Positions 22,301 through 32,910 of a stretch of 48,520 nt of DNA are shown here, in pieces. The first letter of the stretch is position 1; each line of letters begins with the position of its first letter. A program made the translations under genes and the position numbers. The DNA is taken from positions 1 through 48,520 of the forward strand of contig JAHBMJ010000406.1 of NCBI GenBank assembly GCA_018398765.1. Reading direction: 5' to 3'. The notes under the pieces were generated by a model. It did not search any database, was not told the origin of the DNA, and saw nothing but the letters and a program-made list of their open reading frames with translations. The DNA is from Chromera velia. Lineage: Eukaryota.

Positions 22301-23934
22301 CTGCATGAGAAAAGAATTGCGACCCTGCATGCATTGTTCTTTGTGTTCCTTTCATCCGATCGAGCGTGATTCGTCAGACAGATCTGAACGCTCTAGCTGG
22401 GTTGACTGACGTCAGTGGGTGGTGGCAACAACCTTTCCTTTCCTCGTGCAACACAACACCGCATTTTATTCGACACTGCTGAGTGAGGACATGCAGAAGC
22501 AAGGTTTGCAGAGCACACGACAGAAGAGAAAAAAAAACAAGCGTGCCAAGTCGAAGCCAAATGGAAAAATTCGTGCAAATGAAGCTGCGCACATGTAAAT
22601 ACAGTGAGTCAGACCTTTTGGAGCATCGTCGGTCGTCAGCTGCTGTGGTTCTTGTCTTGTCTTTTCTTTTTTTCAATCCATCTCCACCCCTTCCCCTCTT
22701 CTTGGTACGCCGAGAAGGTACCTGCAAAGCCGCCGATCGCACGTCAGCAGGTGCTGCCGGTCCCTTTTTCTTCCTGAGCAGGGCGGATGTTCTTCATCTT
22801 TGCAGTCTATAGTAAGTGTTGCTCTCTGCGTCAGCTAGAGCAACTGGAGGAACGACTTCCAGTGCACAATCGATTGATGCACACAGGAGCAAAACGTCGA
22901 ATCAGCTGGAAGCTCGAACCGGCGTGCCTTAAGACTGCTTTGCTGATGGAACCACGAGGCTCCTGGCACTGGCACTGCGTCTCTCTAACCTGGTCTGATT
23001 CAATATCAGATGGGCAGGCTGACTGACAAAGCAATGGTCCCGAGCTTCACCGCCCTGCATGCTAACCGATTTCAGTCATCCACTCATTCATCGATCAAGA
23101 CAACCACAGATGGGGCTAGAGATGGGCCACTCAGATGGGGAAGGTGTATGATGCTGATGATTCTGGTGTATCAAGATGATGGAGCTGCTAGTCTAGCTGC
23201 TAGTGCCTTGGCTAGTGAGTCGTAATGATAGCTTAATATTAGAATAAAATATTCTAATGTGGTATGATATCATGCATGGTTCATGCTGTTTAAAGACTAA
23301 TGTAAAACTAAAATCGGTCGAAAAAATTGTTAAGGGCCTTTTAAAGTTAGTGTTTGCTTCTAGCCACTTTAAGCCCGCTTTGTACACTAATTTTCAGCTT
23401 CATACTCCATATACTTCTCGAGATTCACCAACCAGACTTTTTCAAAATGGTAAGTTGACTTTTCAAAAAGGTAAGTTAAAATGTCCGGTAACCGGACTTT
23501 TTCACCAGACATTCCACCGGACATTCTTTAGGGTACATAGACGAGATTTAAGCCAGCTAACCTAGAGCATCCTAGAGCTCGGCCTTCAAATTAATTATTA
23601 CGTCGTAATATCGTCTTAGACTAGGATTTAGGTCTGTTTTCATAACGGTCTTAACAGATATCTTTTTATTCTGAAAATTCAAACATCTAGAACAAACAGT
23701 CAAAGACATCAATGAAACATTGAAACAGAACATCCTAAGTTGGGACTCTCGGCTATAGACTCTTACCAGTCTCCTGGTCATCGAAGGCTTCTCACTCACT
23801 GGCATGGAGTCGCGTTCAGTCGTGTTGTCTCACTGTATAGTTCACTGTGAAAAGAAAAAGAAACTGAAGAAGGAACAAAAAACGGCGAAGATACATATAC
23901 AGATCAGCAAACTCTGAAATAGAGTCGCTGGATG

Positions 23935-25242
23935 TCATTGAAGAGTCCAAAGTGCAAGATCGTAGATCGGAACTATCACAAAGACCCCCGCAGCACCCAA
24001 GTGCAACAGAAGCTTCGCTGCGCTATCTTGGTGAAACGGCATGAGGAGATGGGAGGCCAGCGAGGCCCCCACTCCCTTCCCCTTTCCCTTCTCATTCTGC
24101 CGCCACGAAGGCATATGAAGGGCCCCGGAAAGAATCAGGGGACCCAGAGCGACTGCGGCCGCCAGGACCTGAGCCGGGACCCCAGGGAGGCCCCCACAGC
24201 ACGCAGACACAAACGCACAAAGAATGAGAAAGAAGGAGAACATGTAGACGAACTCGATCGACTGAGGGAGTCCCAGTCGTGCCTTTTCATCCGTTGCATC
24301 GACTTTATCGTTTCCGATCACATTCCGCACAGTACCGCTCCACCTATCAAAGGGAAGACCTGCTGTACCGAAGTTGCAGCTTGTGTATCGATGGTGCAGG
24401 TAGTGGTAGAGATCGGACTGCCAATTGTCCTCCCATCCCGAATGGGACGCGGCAGGGGCAAGAAGGGCGTGAATGCCGATCCATTGCATGGCGAAGGGCG
24501 AAGTCGGGAAGAGATAGAGGGGAATGACGGCCACGGAGAAGTAGAGGAGGTGTTCTACTGGATGCATGCAGAGCCCTGAGAAGGGTTCGATGTCCGTGTT
24601 CCTGTGATGCACCGAGTGGATGAATCTGTACAGAAAACGAACATGAATAAATCGGTGTGCAAGATAGAAGTGAACGTCCCGCACGACCACCCCCAGGTGC
24701 ACCCACACGAACACACTGACGGCGTTCCAAAAGCTGGACAGCGCCTGCGCATCGCTGATGAAGGGGCGCTTCCCGCTGATGTACACGTGCAAAATCGCAC
24801 ACTCCAACCCCGTCCACATGAGTGCCCCCAAGACACTATAAAAAACATTGTGCAGAAGTTTCCCCACACGGTATGTTCGATTGGGGACAAAAGGGCGCGT
24901 CCCGAAGCCCAGCCAGAAGAGTGTGATGTGCCAGAAGCCGAACCAGAAGAGAACCAGGGCGGTGTTGATCATTCCTCTTTCGGCCACGAGTCTCCACGAT
25001 ACAGGTTCATTCATCCGATACGGAAAGATAAAATAGACGGCAATGGTGATCAAGAGCCAGACTGTGTTTGGGGAGAAAAGAAGAAACGACCCTGTCATGT
25101 AGGTCTGGTACCACTTCTCATCTTGCGGGATGGGAGTTTTGCCTGGCGGGAGTTTCTGGTTAATGTAAGCGGGTGTGAAGAAAATTCTGTGGCCAGGGGG
25201 TCCCATGCCCGCAAAACGGGTCTCTGCTTCTCTACCGCCCAT
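23935..25242 (-). CDS. Sterol desaturase / fatty-acid hydroxylase superfamily membrane protein, intronless
   Basis: 435-aa ORF with histidine boxes HFYLAHRFIH, IHSVHH, MHPVEH and HSG..HYLHH..NFG..FDRWSGT, plus several hydrophobic segments. Confidence 0.93.
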   Translation of the reverse strand: MGGREAETRFAGMGPPGHRIFFTPAYINQKLPPGKTPIPQDEKWYQTYMTGSFLLFSPNTVWLLITIAVYFIFPYRMNEPVSWRLVAERGMINTALVLFWFGFWHITLFWLGFGTRPFVPNRTYRVGKLLHNVFYSVLGALMWTGLECAILHVYISGKRPFISDAQALSSFWNAVSVFVWVHLGVVVRDVHFYLAHRFIHVRFLYRFIHSVHHRNTDIEPFSGLCMHPVEHLLYFSVAVIPLYLFPTSPFAMQWIGIHALLAPAASHSGWEDNWQSDLYHYLHHRYTSCNFGTAGLPFDRWSGTVRNVIGNDKVDATDEKARLGLPQSIEFVYMFSFFLILCAFVSACCGGLPGVPAQVLAAAVALGPLILSGALHMPSWRQNEKGKGKGVGASLASHLLMPFHQDSAAKLLLHLGAAGVFVIVPIYDLALWTLQ

Positions 25243-25478
25243 CTTCCGCTTGCCTCGGGAGAGACACCTAAGGTCTCACAGAGACGCTCAAGCTGGAGAC
25301 GGCGATGGAGACGGCCGTAACACGCTGGTTTCAAACGCAAACAGGCAAACGACGTGCAGGCGCAGCGATGCCTCGAGACTGCCGAGACAGATAGAGAAAC
25401 ACTGGGACCTTCTCTGATTACAATAATGGAGCGGTTGAAGGTTCAATTAAGGCATGATTTCCGACGAATCGATCGACC

Positions 25479-25650
25479 AGCATGTTCAACAGGCCGCCAT
25501 GCAGGCCGCGGGTATGCATGCCGCTTCGCGGTTGCCATGCATGCAGCCTGCGAGGGGACTCGAAAAAACATCATGCATGCATGCAGGGCCGGACGCGCAC
25601 GCCCGGAATGTAATTAATGAACCATGCAAGCATGCAAGAAATTTTCATGT
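25479..25650. promoter_or_regulatory. TGCATGCA/GCATG cluster in the divergent intergenic region between the desaturase and MAPK genes
   Basis: Many (T)GCATG(CA) copies, including CATGCATGCATGCA at ~25572. Confidence 0.6.
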
Positions 25651-25955
25651 GTCCCCTGCCCGCGTGGCGAGGCTGGAAGAAGTGACTGACCTTCGTAGCA
25701 GCACAAGCATACAGAATACTCCCTGTTGTCTCAAAGTTTTGATGCTCCAGAGCACATTTGCAACTGAACTTTGCATCGATCATCACTGTGACAAAGGCAG
25801 AGCGTGCAGTGCAAGAACGGTAGTCTCTGAGTGCTGAGTGCAGGGCTGTCGCAGGTCCGCAGGAGGAACGAAGCCCGTGAAAGTGCTGGGTCCGAGCTCC
25901 CCGTGCGCAAACATTCCTTTCTCACTTTTCCTTCACCACAGGCTTCGCTTAAGAA

Positions 25956-27367
25956 ATGACAGGTATGCGGAGCTTTTTTAGGACAACTTTTGGGGATGCC
26001 CAATCTGGTGGGAGTTTTGTCGTTGAAGAGGGGTTCCACCACTACCGGCAACTCGGCGAGGGGGCATACGGACGGGTGTGCCAAGTTGAAGACTATGCAG
26101 ATGGCACATTTTATGCCATCAAGCAAATTGATAAGGTCTTCAAGAGCTCGACGATGGCGAAAAGGATTTTGCGAGAGCTTCGTTTGCCCCGTCTACTTCA
26201 ACACGAAAACATCTTGAGTATCAGAGACGTGTATTGCTCAGGTAAGTAAACAAGTGAACGAAGTCAACTTCTTCCCTTGACAGCTCCTTGTTTCTTTTTA
26301 TACCGCTTTGTGTATGGGCTTTCTTCGCTCCTTCCCTTCCGCAAGCCATAGTCTTGTGGCCTTTGGTCTGCTCCCCCTCTGCCTACATGCATACATCTGC
26401 CTTCTGTGGTGTCTGACCGTTGTTTGCGTTAGGTCCAGACCTCGCTGCATCCCACGTCATTTCTCGATCGTTTCTCTTTTCCACTGCCTTGCGCTGCCTT
26501 GAGATGACACCTTTCGTCGCACTAGTCCTGAGTCAGACATGATGCTGTGCGTCTCGACGTATCGATGATCATGACTGAATCCCGCGTGCCTGTCTGTCTG
26601 CCTAATAACTGCAGGAGAAGAGAACACCATAATCAACGAGACGAACTTCTCTGCAGTCCATGTCCGATCCGAATACATAGAAAACGACCTGTACAAGTTG
26701 TTTCTGAAGGGTTTATAGCTGAGAGAGGAGCAGAGACGCTCTTTGATACGACAGCTCCTTTCTGCACTCCGCCACATGCACGGAAAAGGAGTAGTGCACC
26801 GCGATATAAAACCCCAAAACGTTTTGATCTCAAGAGGGGGGTCTCTGAAGATATGCGACTTCGGCCTTTCTCGGATTTTACCAGGACAACTCTCCGAGGT
26901 AGCCGGACCCGGCCTCTCGTCCACGCTCACTCCTTCAACATCACCTCAGATCGCAGCCGTGATGCCCATGACACCATTTCTCGCTACGCGCTGGTATCGG
27001 GCACCTGAATTGATCTGGGGGGAGGAGCAGTATGATGGGAGAGTCGATGTGTGGGCGTCAGGGTGCGTACTCGCAGAGATGCTGGGAGGAGGAATCCCTT
27101 TATTTCCGGGCGAGAACAACTCTCATCAGCTGGAGTTGATTGTGGCTTTCTTGGGTTTGCCTCCAGAAAACGAGCTCAAGATGGTCCCCAAACCAACGCG
27201 ATTGTTCATGGAGGCGGTTGAAACACAGTATGTCCAGAAGCATGGTGCGCGTAAAGTCGTTGGAGTCCGGGCCATCCTTGGGTGAGTGAGAAAGCGAGTG
27301 GGATTTTGTGTGTGTGTGTGTGTGTGTCTTTTTTTTTTTTTTGCCGATGATCCCTTGGGGGGAGGCA

Positions 27368-27414
<47 letters not shown>

Positions 27415-27416
27415 GT

Positions 27417-27463
<47 letters not shown>

Positions 27464-27487
27464 TGTGTATGTCTGTCTGAGTCTCTT

Positions 27488-27550
<63 letters not shown>

Positions 27551-28799
27551 GTATGTGTGATCATACTATGTGTATGTGTATGTGTATGTGCTTGTGTTAC
27601 ACTGTGCGTTTGTGTCTGTTTTTAAAATGTCACGGATTTCAAGCTCGCAGGCGGCCTTTCTTTAAATTTCGAATCAATGTAAGAGTGAAAGAAGGTTCGA
27701 GTTGACGTGTGTGCTTCTGCTGCTGTCCGTATGCAGGGAGAGGTTTCCAACGGCAAGCGCGGAGTGCCTCGATCTCCTTGCTGAGATGCTGAGCATCCGC
27801 CCAACCAGCCGCCTCGATGCTTCTGCCTGTCTGTCAGCAGAGTATTGTGCTGCAGACGACACTCAAAAATCCAAAGGGTGGGGGGGCACTGAAGAGGACA
27901 GGGACTCGACCAACCGTCAGGGGGAGGGAAAGAGAGAAGAGAGACTCCCCGTCAACAAACAAGAAGACAGGGAAGCAGCCAAGGGTAGGGGAAAGGGAGA
28001 AAACAAAGTCGAGAAAGAAACAGAGGAAGGAGAAGAAAAAGGGGAAGAGAAAGACGGAGCATGTGGACACGGGAAGGCCCACGGTCAAGAAGAACTCCCA
28101 CCTACCAACGCCAGAAAGCGCATAAGCCAGGCCACTCTCCTCGAGTGCGTCCCCTCCGCCCGGCCATCTCGGAGTCCCCCTGCCGCCCTGAGGGGACAAA
28201 CAAGAAGCCCGAATCGGATCCATGCAAGCCATGAGAGAGACGCCGCAGGTTATCGTGGACACCCACAGCAAGACATAGACAATGACCCAGATCAGCATGC
28301 TCAGACTGACACTGCTGGAAGAGAAGGAGGGGAGGGATTTTCAAACCACGATGAAGAGGAAAGCTTCGAGGGAGACGGCGGACAGGATGAGGACGAAAGA
28401 GAAGAGAACGGAGAGGACATAGAGGAGGAGGGAGAGGAAGGAGCAAGTTGGCTTGTTGTGCCGCCTGTTGAAGGCCGCGCATTACTTCCAGTCGGTCACT
28501 CTCACGCACGGCTTTCGACCTCTTCCTCTCTTCATCTTTCCGGGGCGTCAAGAGAGGGCATCCATGCTGTTGCTTGTGCAAAACGAACGGTGCCTGAGGA
28601 ACGTGCAAAAAGCGAAAGAAAGTTTCGGGCACTGGACCAAGACGAGATGGACAGGCGACAGGAGGCAGAGAGGGAGAAAGTTTGTTTTGCGTTCGAGCAG
28701 ATCTCCGGGGAGGATCCCGCGTCCCTCCAGTACCTTCGCGACGAAATCTGGAAAGAATACAAGTACTGGGCGGCAAGGTGGTTTTTCAAACGGTGTTAG
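25956..28799 (+). pseudogene. MAPK-family (CMGC) kinase, 3 coding exons (25956-26241, 26615-27281, 27737-28799), with an in-frame TAG
   Basis: Motifs GEGAYGRV, AIKQI, KRILRELR, HENI, HRDIKPQN, KICDFGLSR, ATRWYRAPE, DVWASGC, LFPG and a MAPK-like FAFE..LRDEIWKE tail. The GT-AG junctions keep frame. TAG at 26716-26718 interrupts exon 2. Confidence 0.85.
27305..27590. repeat. Compound (GT)n/(CT)n microsatellite in MAPK intron 2
   Basis: Seen directly. Confidence 0.97.
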
Positions 28800-29509
28800 A
28801 GAAAGAAGCAGGTCCGTGTATTTTTGTTTTGCTGTTTTTCCTTTTTAGGTCAGTTTTGCGTACAGCGGGTTACATTGGTCCTGGACGTGTCTGCTTTCTT
28901 TGATACTGTTTCTAGCTCGTTTCTTGTCCCCTTTCGATTTCTTAATGTGCTCTCTTTCAAATTGGCCCGGGTGATTTTCAATCTTCGCATGCGGCTTGGC
29001 ATATTATTTCCGAATCCATTTCTCCCTCTGTTCGCGGTCCATGAAAGGCTTCTTTCTGCAATGCAACGCCGTGCAAGTACAGATATATATCTACATACAC
29101 CATGCAGTATGGTGACTCCCTTTCCGTTTGTCTTCTGCCAGTGGCTGCTACACGTCGATCGTCATGCACGTGCGGTTGCAGGCTTCTGAAAGTAGAGGGA
29201 TTGTCTTCGGGACGCCGCAGAAGAGACAGAAGTCTGCAGTCGCAGACGCAGAACATGACGCTCAGGTAAGAAAAATGATGTGCTATTGCTCACTTTGTAT
29301 TTTAGTACCGTTAGCCCCGTTGATACGATCGCCTTGTTCAATCCCATTGTGCACTGCCTCTGCAGTCTGCCCCCTCTTTTTATTTCCCAGAAATGATTCC
29401 ATCCGTTTGAAAACAATTATTGCTTCAATGAATTTATCACTCTACCTTAATCGCCCCGGGACCGTTGTATCAATCGCATCGTCAAATGTTTTTCTCTTTG
29501 TGTGTGCAG

Positions 29510-32387
29510 TCTGGAACTCTCGCAGAGACTCAAGGACCATGTGGGTTTATTCCTTTCTGTGCACCTATTTCTTCCTGCACTCGTGCTATACATAGCTTTA
29601 CTTGATTTCCAGCGTGTCACAGTTTTGCTCATTCACCTTACTATAACAAGATGGATTTAGTTCGATTTTGCCGTGCCCTTCTCTCGTTTATGTCTTTCTT
29701 TCTGTTCCTTCCCTGTCGTGCATCTTCCATGTGTTCCCGCCTGTTTTTCTTTTCCAAAAAGATAGCACTTTCTCGATCGTTGTTTTTGTTTGTTGTGTCT
29801 CTCTTACTTTTCTTGTTCTGCATGGCCTGCATTCATTTTTCTTTGGCGGGCTGTGCAGAGGAGGAGAAGAAGAAGGAGAAGAAAACTCTGAAGGTCTGTC
29901 TCTGTCTGTCTCTAGCCTTTTCAATACGATCTCTACCTGTGTGGCGCCTGGACGGCCGTGGAGAATTTTCTTTGCCTAATGTCGCCCCAGAGCACGCACG
30001 CGTGTCAGCTGCATATCCACAGCAGCTCCTCACATTCTTTTCGTAATCGGGACAGAATGCACACCCGGTCATTGCTCACCATTCTCTATGACCATTCCGA
30101 TAACTCAAAAATTATCTTGACAGCGTGGACCCATTTGATGCTGCAGGGAGAGGAGTGGGAGGATGCAGAAGAGAAGGGAAACAGGTTGACGAAGATGCGG
30201 AAGTTAAAGACGGAGAGAGACGCAGAGGTCAGCCTGGTCCATGCAGACACCTGCTGTTCGTATAGCCCTTTCTTTTTTTCCTTTTTTTTTGGCGAGCTTT
30301 TTTTTTTTTCATATGAGCGGAGTGTAGCGCTCCAGGGGGCGGATCACGTCAACGATCGAGCGGATCGAGATCTTCCTCTGCATGGTCCCAACACTCCGGT
30401 CCGGATGTGGATTTGAAGCGCGGCACAAGTAAGTCAGCCTGCTCAATGCTGTATGCCTCTGCTCATTTGTCGGTAGAACTACTTTTGCTGTTTTTCCCCT
30501 GATCAATCCTCTCGATGTGCTTCGACGTGCATCAGAGAAAAACTGATCTTCATTCCAGAGTGAAAATGCCTGATTGGATTCCTTTTCCGTATTGCAAAAG
30601 AAGCCGTCATCAACTTTTGGGGGAAAAAAAGCCTCTCCTCCGTTTAGATTGCAGCCAAATGCAGCTTCTGCATTTCTGTAGGTATATGTGACTGCTCACT
30701 TCTCTCAAATGCGTGCTTTACCATGAAAGCGAAACAAATTTGAAATTGAGTCTAATTGACCATGGTCTCCTTTTTTGGAGTCACAGTGCTCTGATACCGG
30801 CATTGTGAAAAGCGTACTTACATACTCAATGCGTGATCATGCAATTGAAGCTGGATGAAGAGAGCTCTGCAGGGACAACCAGACTTCACGGATCGGGAGA
30901 CAGCCTCAGGGTATCGAGACCCAACATTTGAGAAGGCAACCCTCGTGGTGAGTATCTTTCCGTCTCCACGTTCATCTCCTCTACCTTTCTTAGAAAAACA
31001 AAAAGAGAAAGCGTCGTGGGCGACCTGCGTGTGAATTCTACTTCGTTTTCTCGTGGGCAAGCGAGTACGAGTCTCTTTTACCTTCTCGACCTCTGAGTCT
31101 CTCTTTTTCTACACTCCTCGGGCGTGATGGTGTAAGACCCTCAAAGAGAGTGTCCCCCGGGTCTTGCATTACTCGTCAAAAATCAAAGTTTTCTTTATGT
31201 ACTTTGCTCACTGTCGCCAATGTCTTGTTTTCTCCTTATTTTGATTGCCTTTTAATTGACTTTTTCCAGTTTTTATTCTCATGACTCGCTCGCTGAGTTC
31301 ACCAATTTAGGGCCCAAGATTGACAAATGATGTCGATCTGTGCATGCTCTCGTGTGGTCACCCGGAACGGAGCTCGGGCAGATACCCTCCCTATCAATGC
31401 TCGATCCCTCCTGACAGTGCATCACGAGTAGACAAACGGCCCGTTCCGCTTTGCAGTCAATCTTCCTCATGCAATGAAGTCAGGGTACAGACGACGGTTT
31501 TGTGGTAGAGGAAAGCAACTGTTCACTTTCCCTGTTCTGCTTCCTTTGTGTCCCTCTCTTTCTGCTGTGTCTTGTCTTGTTGTCGCTGAGGTTCTCTCTT
31601 TGCAGGTTCCTGGCGAGGAGCCGCTACACTCCGCTCTCATTTTTGTTATTTTTTTGGTTTTTCCTGTGTTTCTCTTTCCTGCGTGGTTTTTCGTCTTTTC
31701 TCCGTTTCTTGTTGCTTTCTGCTCCCTCTTCCCTTGCTTCGAACCAGCACGGTAATTGCATGGCCAGCCAACCTTCTTATGGTGCTGCAGGAAGAGCAGA
31801 AGGAGCGGGGCCCGGCCTCCGACAGCAGAGAAGAGAGGTCAGTCGGCACCACAGGAAATGGAAAATTATTTCATTGATCTGCCTCGGTCGGAACTGAAAG
31901 TGCATCCCTCTACTCGATCTTCGGTCCTCTTTTGTTCTTAATCGCTGGTACGCGTCATGATTTACTCCCGTCTCTCTTTCGATGTGAGCTCTTTGTCATG
32001 GGGACCGCGGAATTTCAAAGCAAGCATTCGCATTGTATCACAGCGACACATAATATACTGTGCGTGTGACCTCATCAATCACTTTTGGTCTCGATGCTGT
32101 GAAAGCCTCTGTTTGATAACGACAAGTCAAGTAAAACCTAGGGGACTTTTTTGTGTTCTTGTAGCTCGGGGCCTGCATAGAGATTCTCAAAGTAAGTGAA
32201 CCTCTCTTCTGTCTGTTGAATTAAGATCGTGTCCTCCCTGTGTGACACTGTTTGTCAATACATGCAGGGCGAAGCCAGGAGGTTACCGGTCACCTCTGAC
32301 AGGACAGAAGAAGAAAGGACAGAAGAAAGGTCTCGCCGGCTACCGCTGAAAAAGACTGGACTCGTCGCAGAAGTCGAAGAGCCTCAG
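29510..32387 (+). other. Probable multi-exon hypothetical gene or pseudogene made of short exons
   Basis: A series of short purine-rich blocks bounded by yag and gt: ~29860-29893, 30147-30228, 30336-30428, 30873-30947, 31311-31482, 31791-31837 and 32268-32387. No recognisable domain; one block has a TGA in its phase-0 frame. Confidence 0.35.
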
Positions 32388-32389
32388 GT

Positions 32390-32553
32390 CGGACTGACTG
32401 ATCGACTGACTGACAGACTGACAGACTGACTGACTGATCGACTGACTGACTGACTGACTGACTGACTGACTGACTGACTCACTGACTGACTGACTGATCG
32501 ACTGACTGATCGACTGACAGACTGACAGACTGACTGACTGATCGACTGACTGG

Positions 32554-32590
<37 letters not shown>

Positions 32591-32910
32591 TGACTGATCG
32601 ACTGACTGACTGACTGACTGACTGACTGACTGATCGACTGACTGACTGACTGACTGACTGACTGACTGACTGATCGACTGACAGACTGACTGACTGATTG
32701 ACTGACTGACTGACTGATCGACTGACTGACTGATCGACTGACTGACTGACTGACTGACTGACTGATCGACTGACTGACTGACTGACTGACTGACTGACTG
32801 ACTGACTGATTGACTGACTGACTCACTCACTGAGTGACTGATCGACTGACAGACTGACTGACTGACTGACTGATCGACTGACAGACTGACTGACTGACTG
32901 ACTGATCGAG
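32390..32910. repeat. (GACT)n tetranucleotide microsatellite with GATC/GACA variants
   Basis: Seen directly; source of the spurious SVSQ ORFs. Confidence 0.98.

Larger units (their letters stand above)
10651..22790 (+). ncRNA. Array of related structured hairpin units; candidate ncRNA family of unknown function
   Basis: 5' arm (GA)YCTGGAGCACTCCGGTTG and complementary 3' arm GACCGGGTGC(RAATCTC), or clear variants, recur at about 10651, 10855, 11451, 12733, 12958, 13575, 14865, 15470, 15750, 20224, 21543, 21697 and 22100, all on the + strand. The enclosed sequences differ but mostly fold back on themselves. Transcription is not shown. Confidence 0.6.

Noticed and set aside
10651..22790. CRISPR array
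   Set aside because: Eukaryotic context, irregular spacing, degenerate repeats and no cas genes.
23200..23800. AT-rich islands at 23200-23800 and 43430-44130 as transposons
   Set aside because: No TIR or TSD identified by eye; the second contains an assembly gap.
24604..25320. Long + strand ORFs 23932-24579 and 24604-25320
   Set aside because: Antisense shadows of the desaturase gene.
5436..26718. Stop-codon reassignment (TAA/TAG read as Gln)
   Set aside because: TAG and TGA end other genes here at the expected positions, and the long intact genes have no internal stops.
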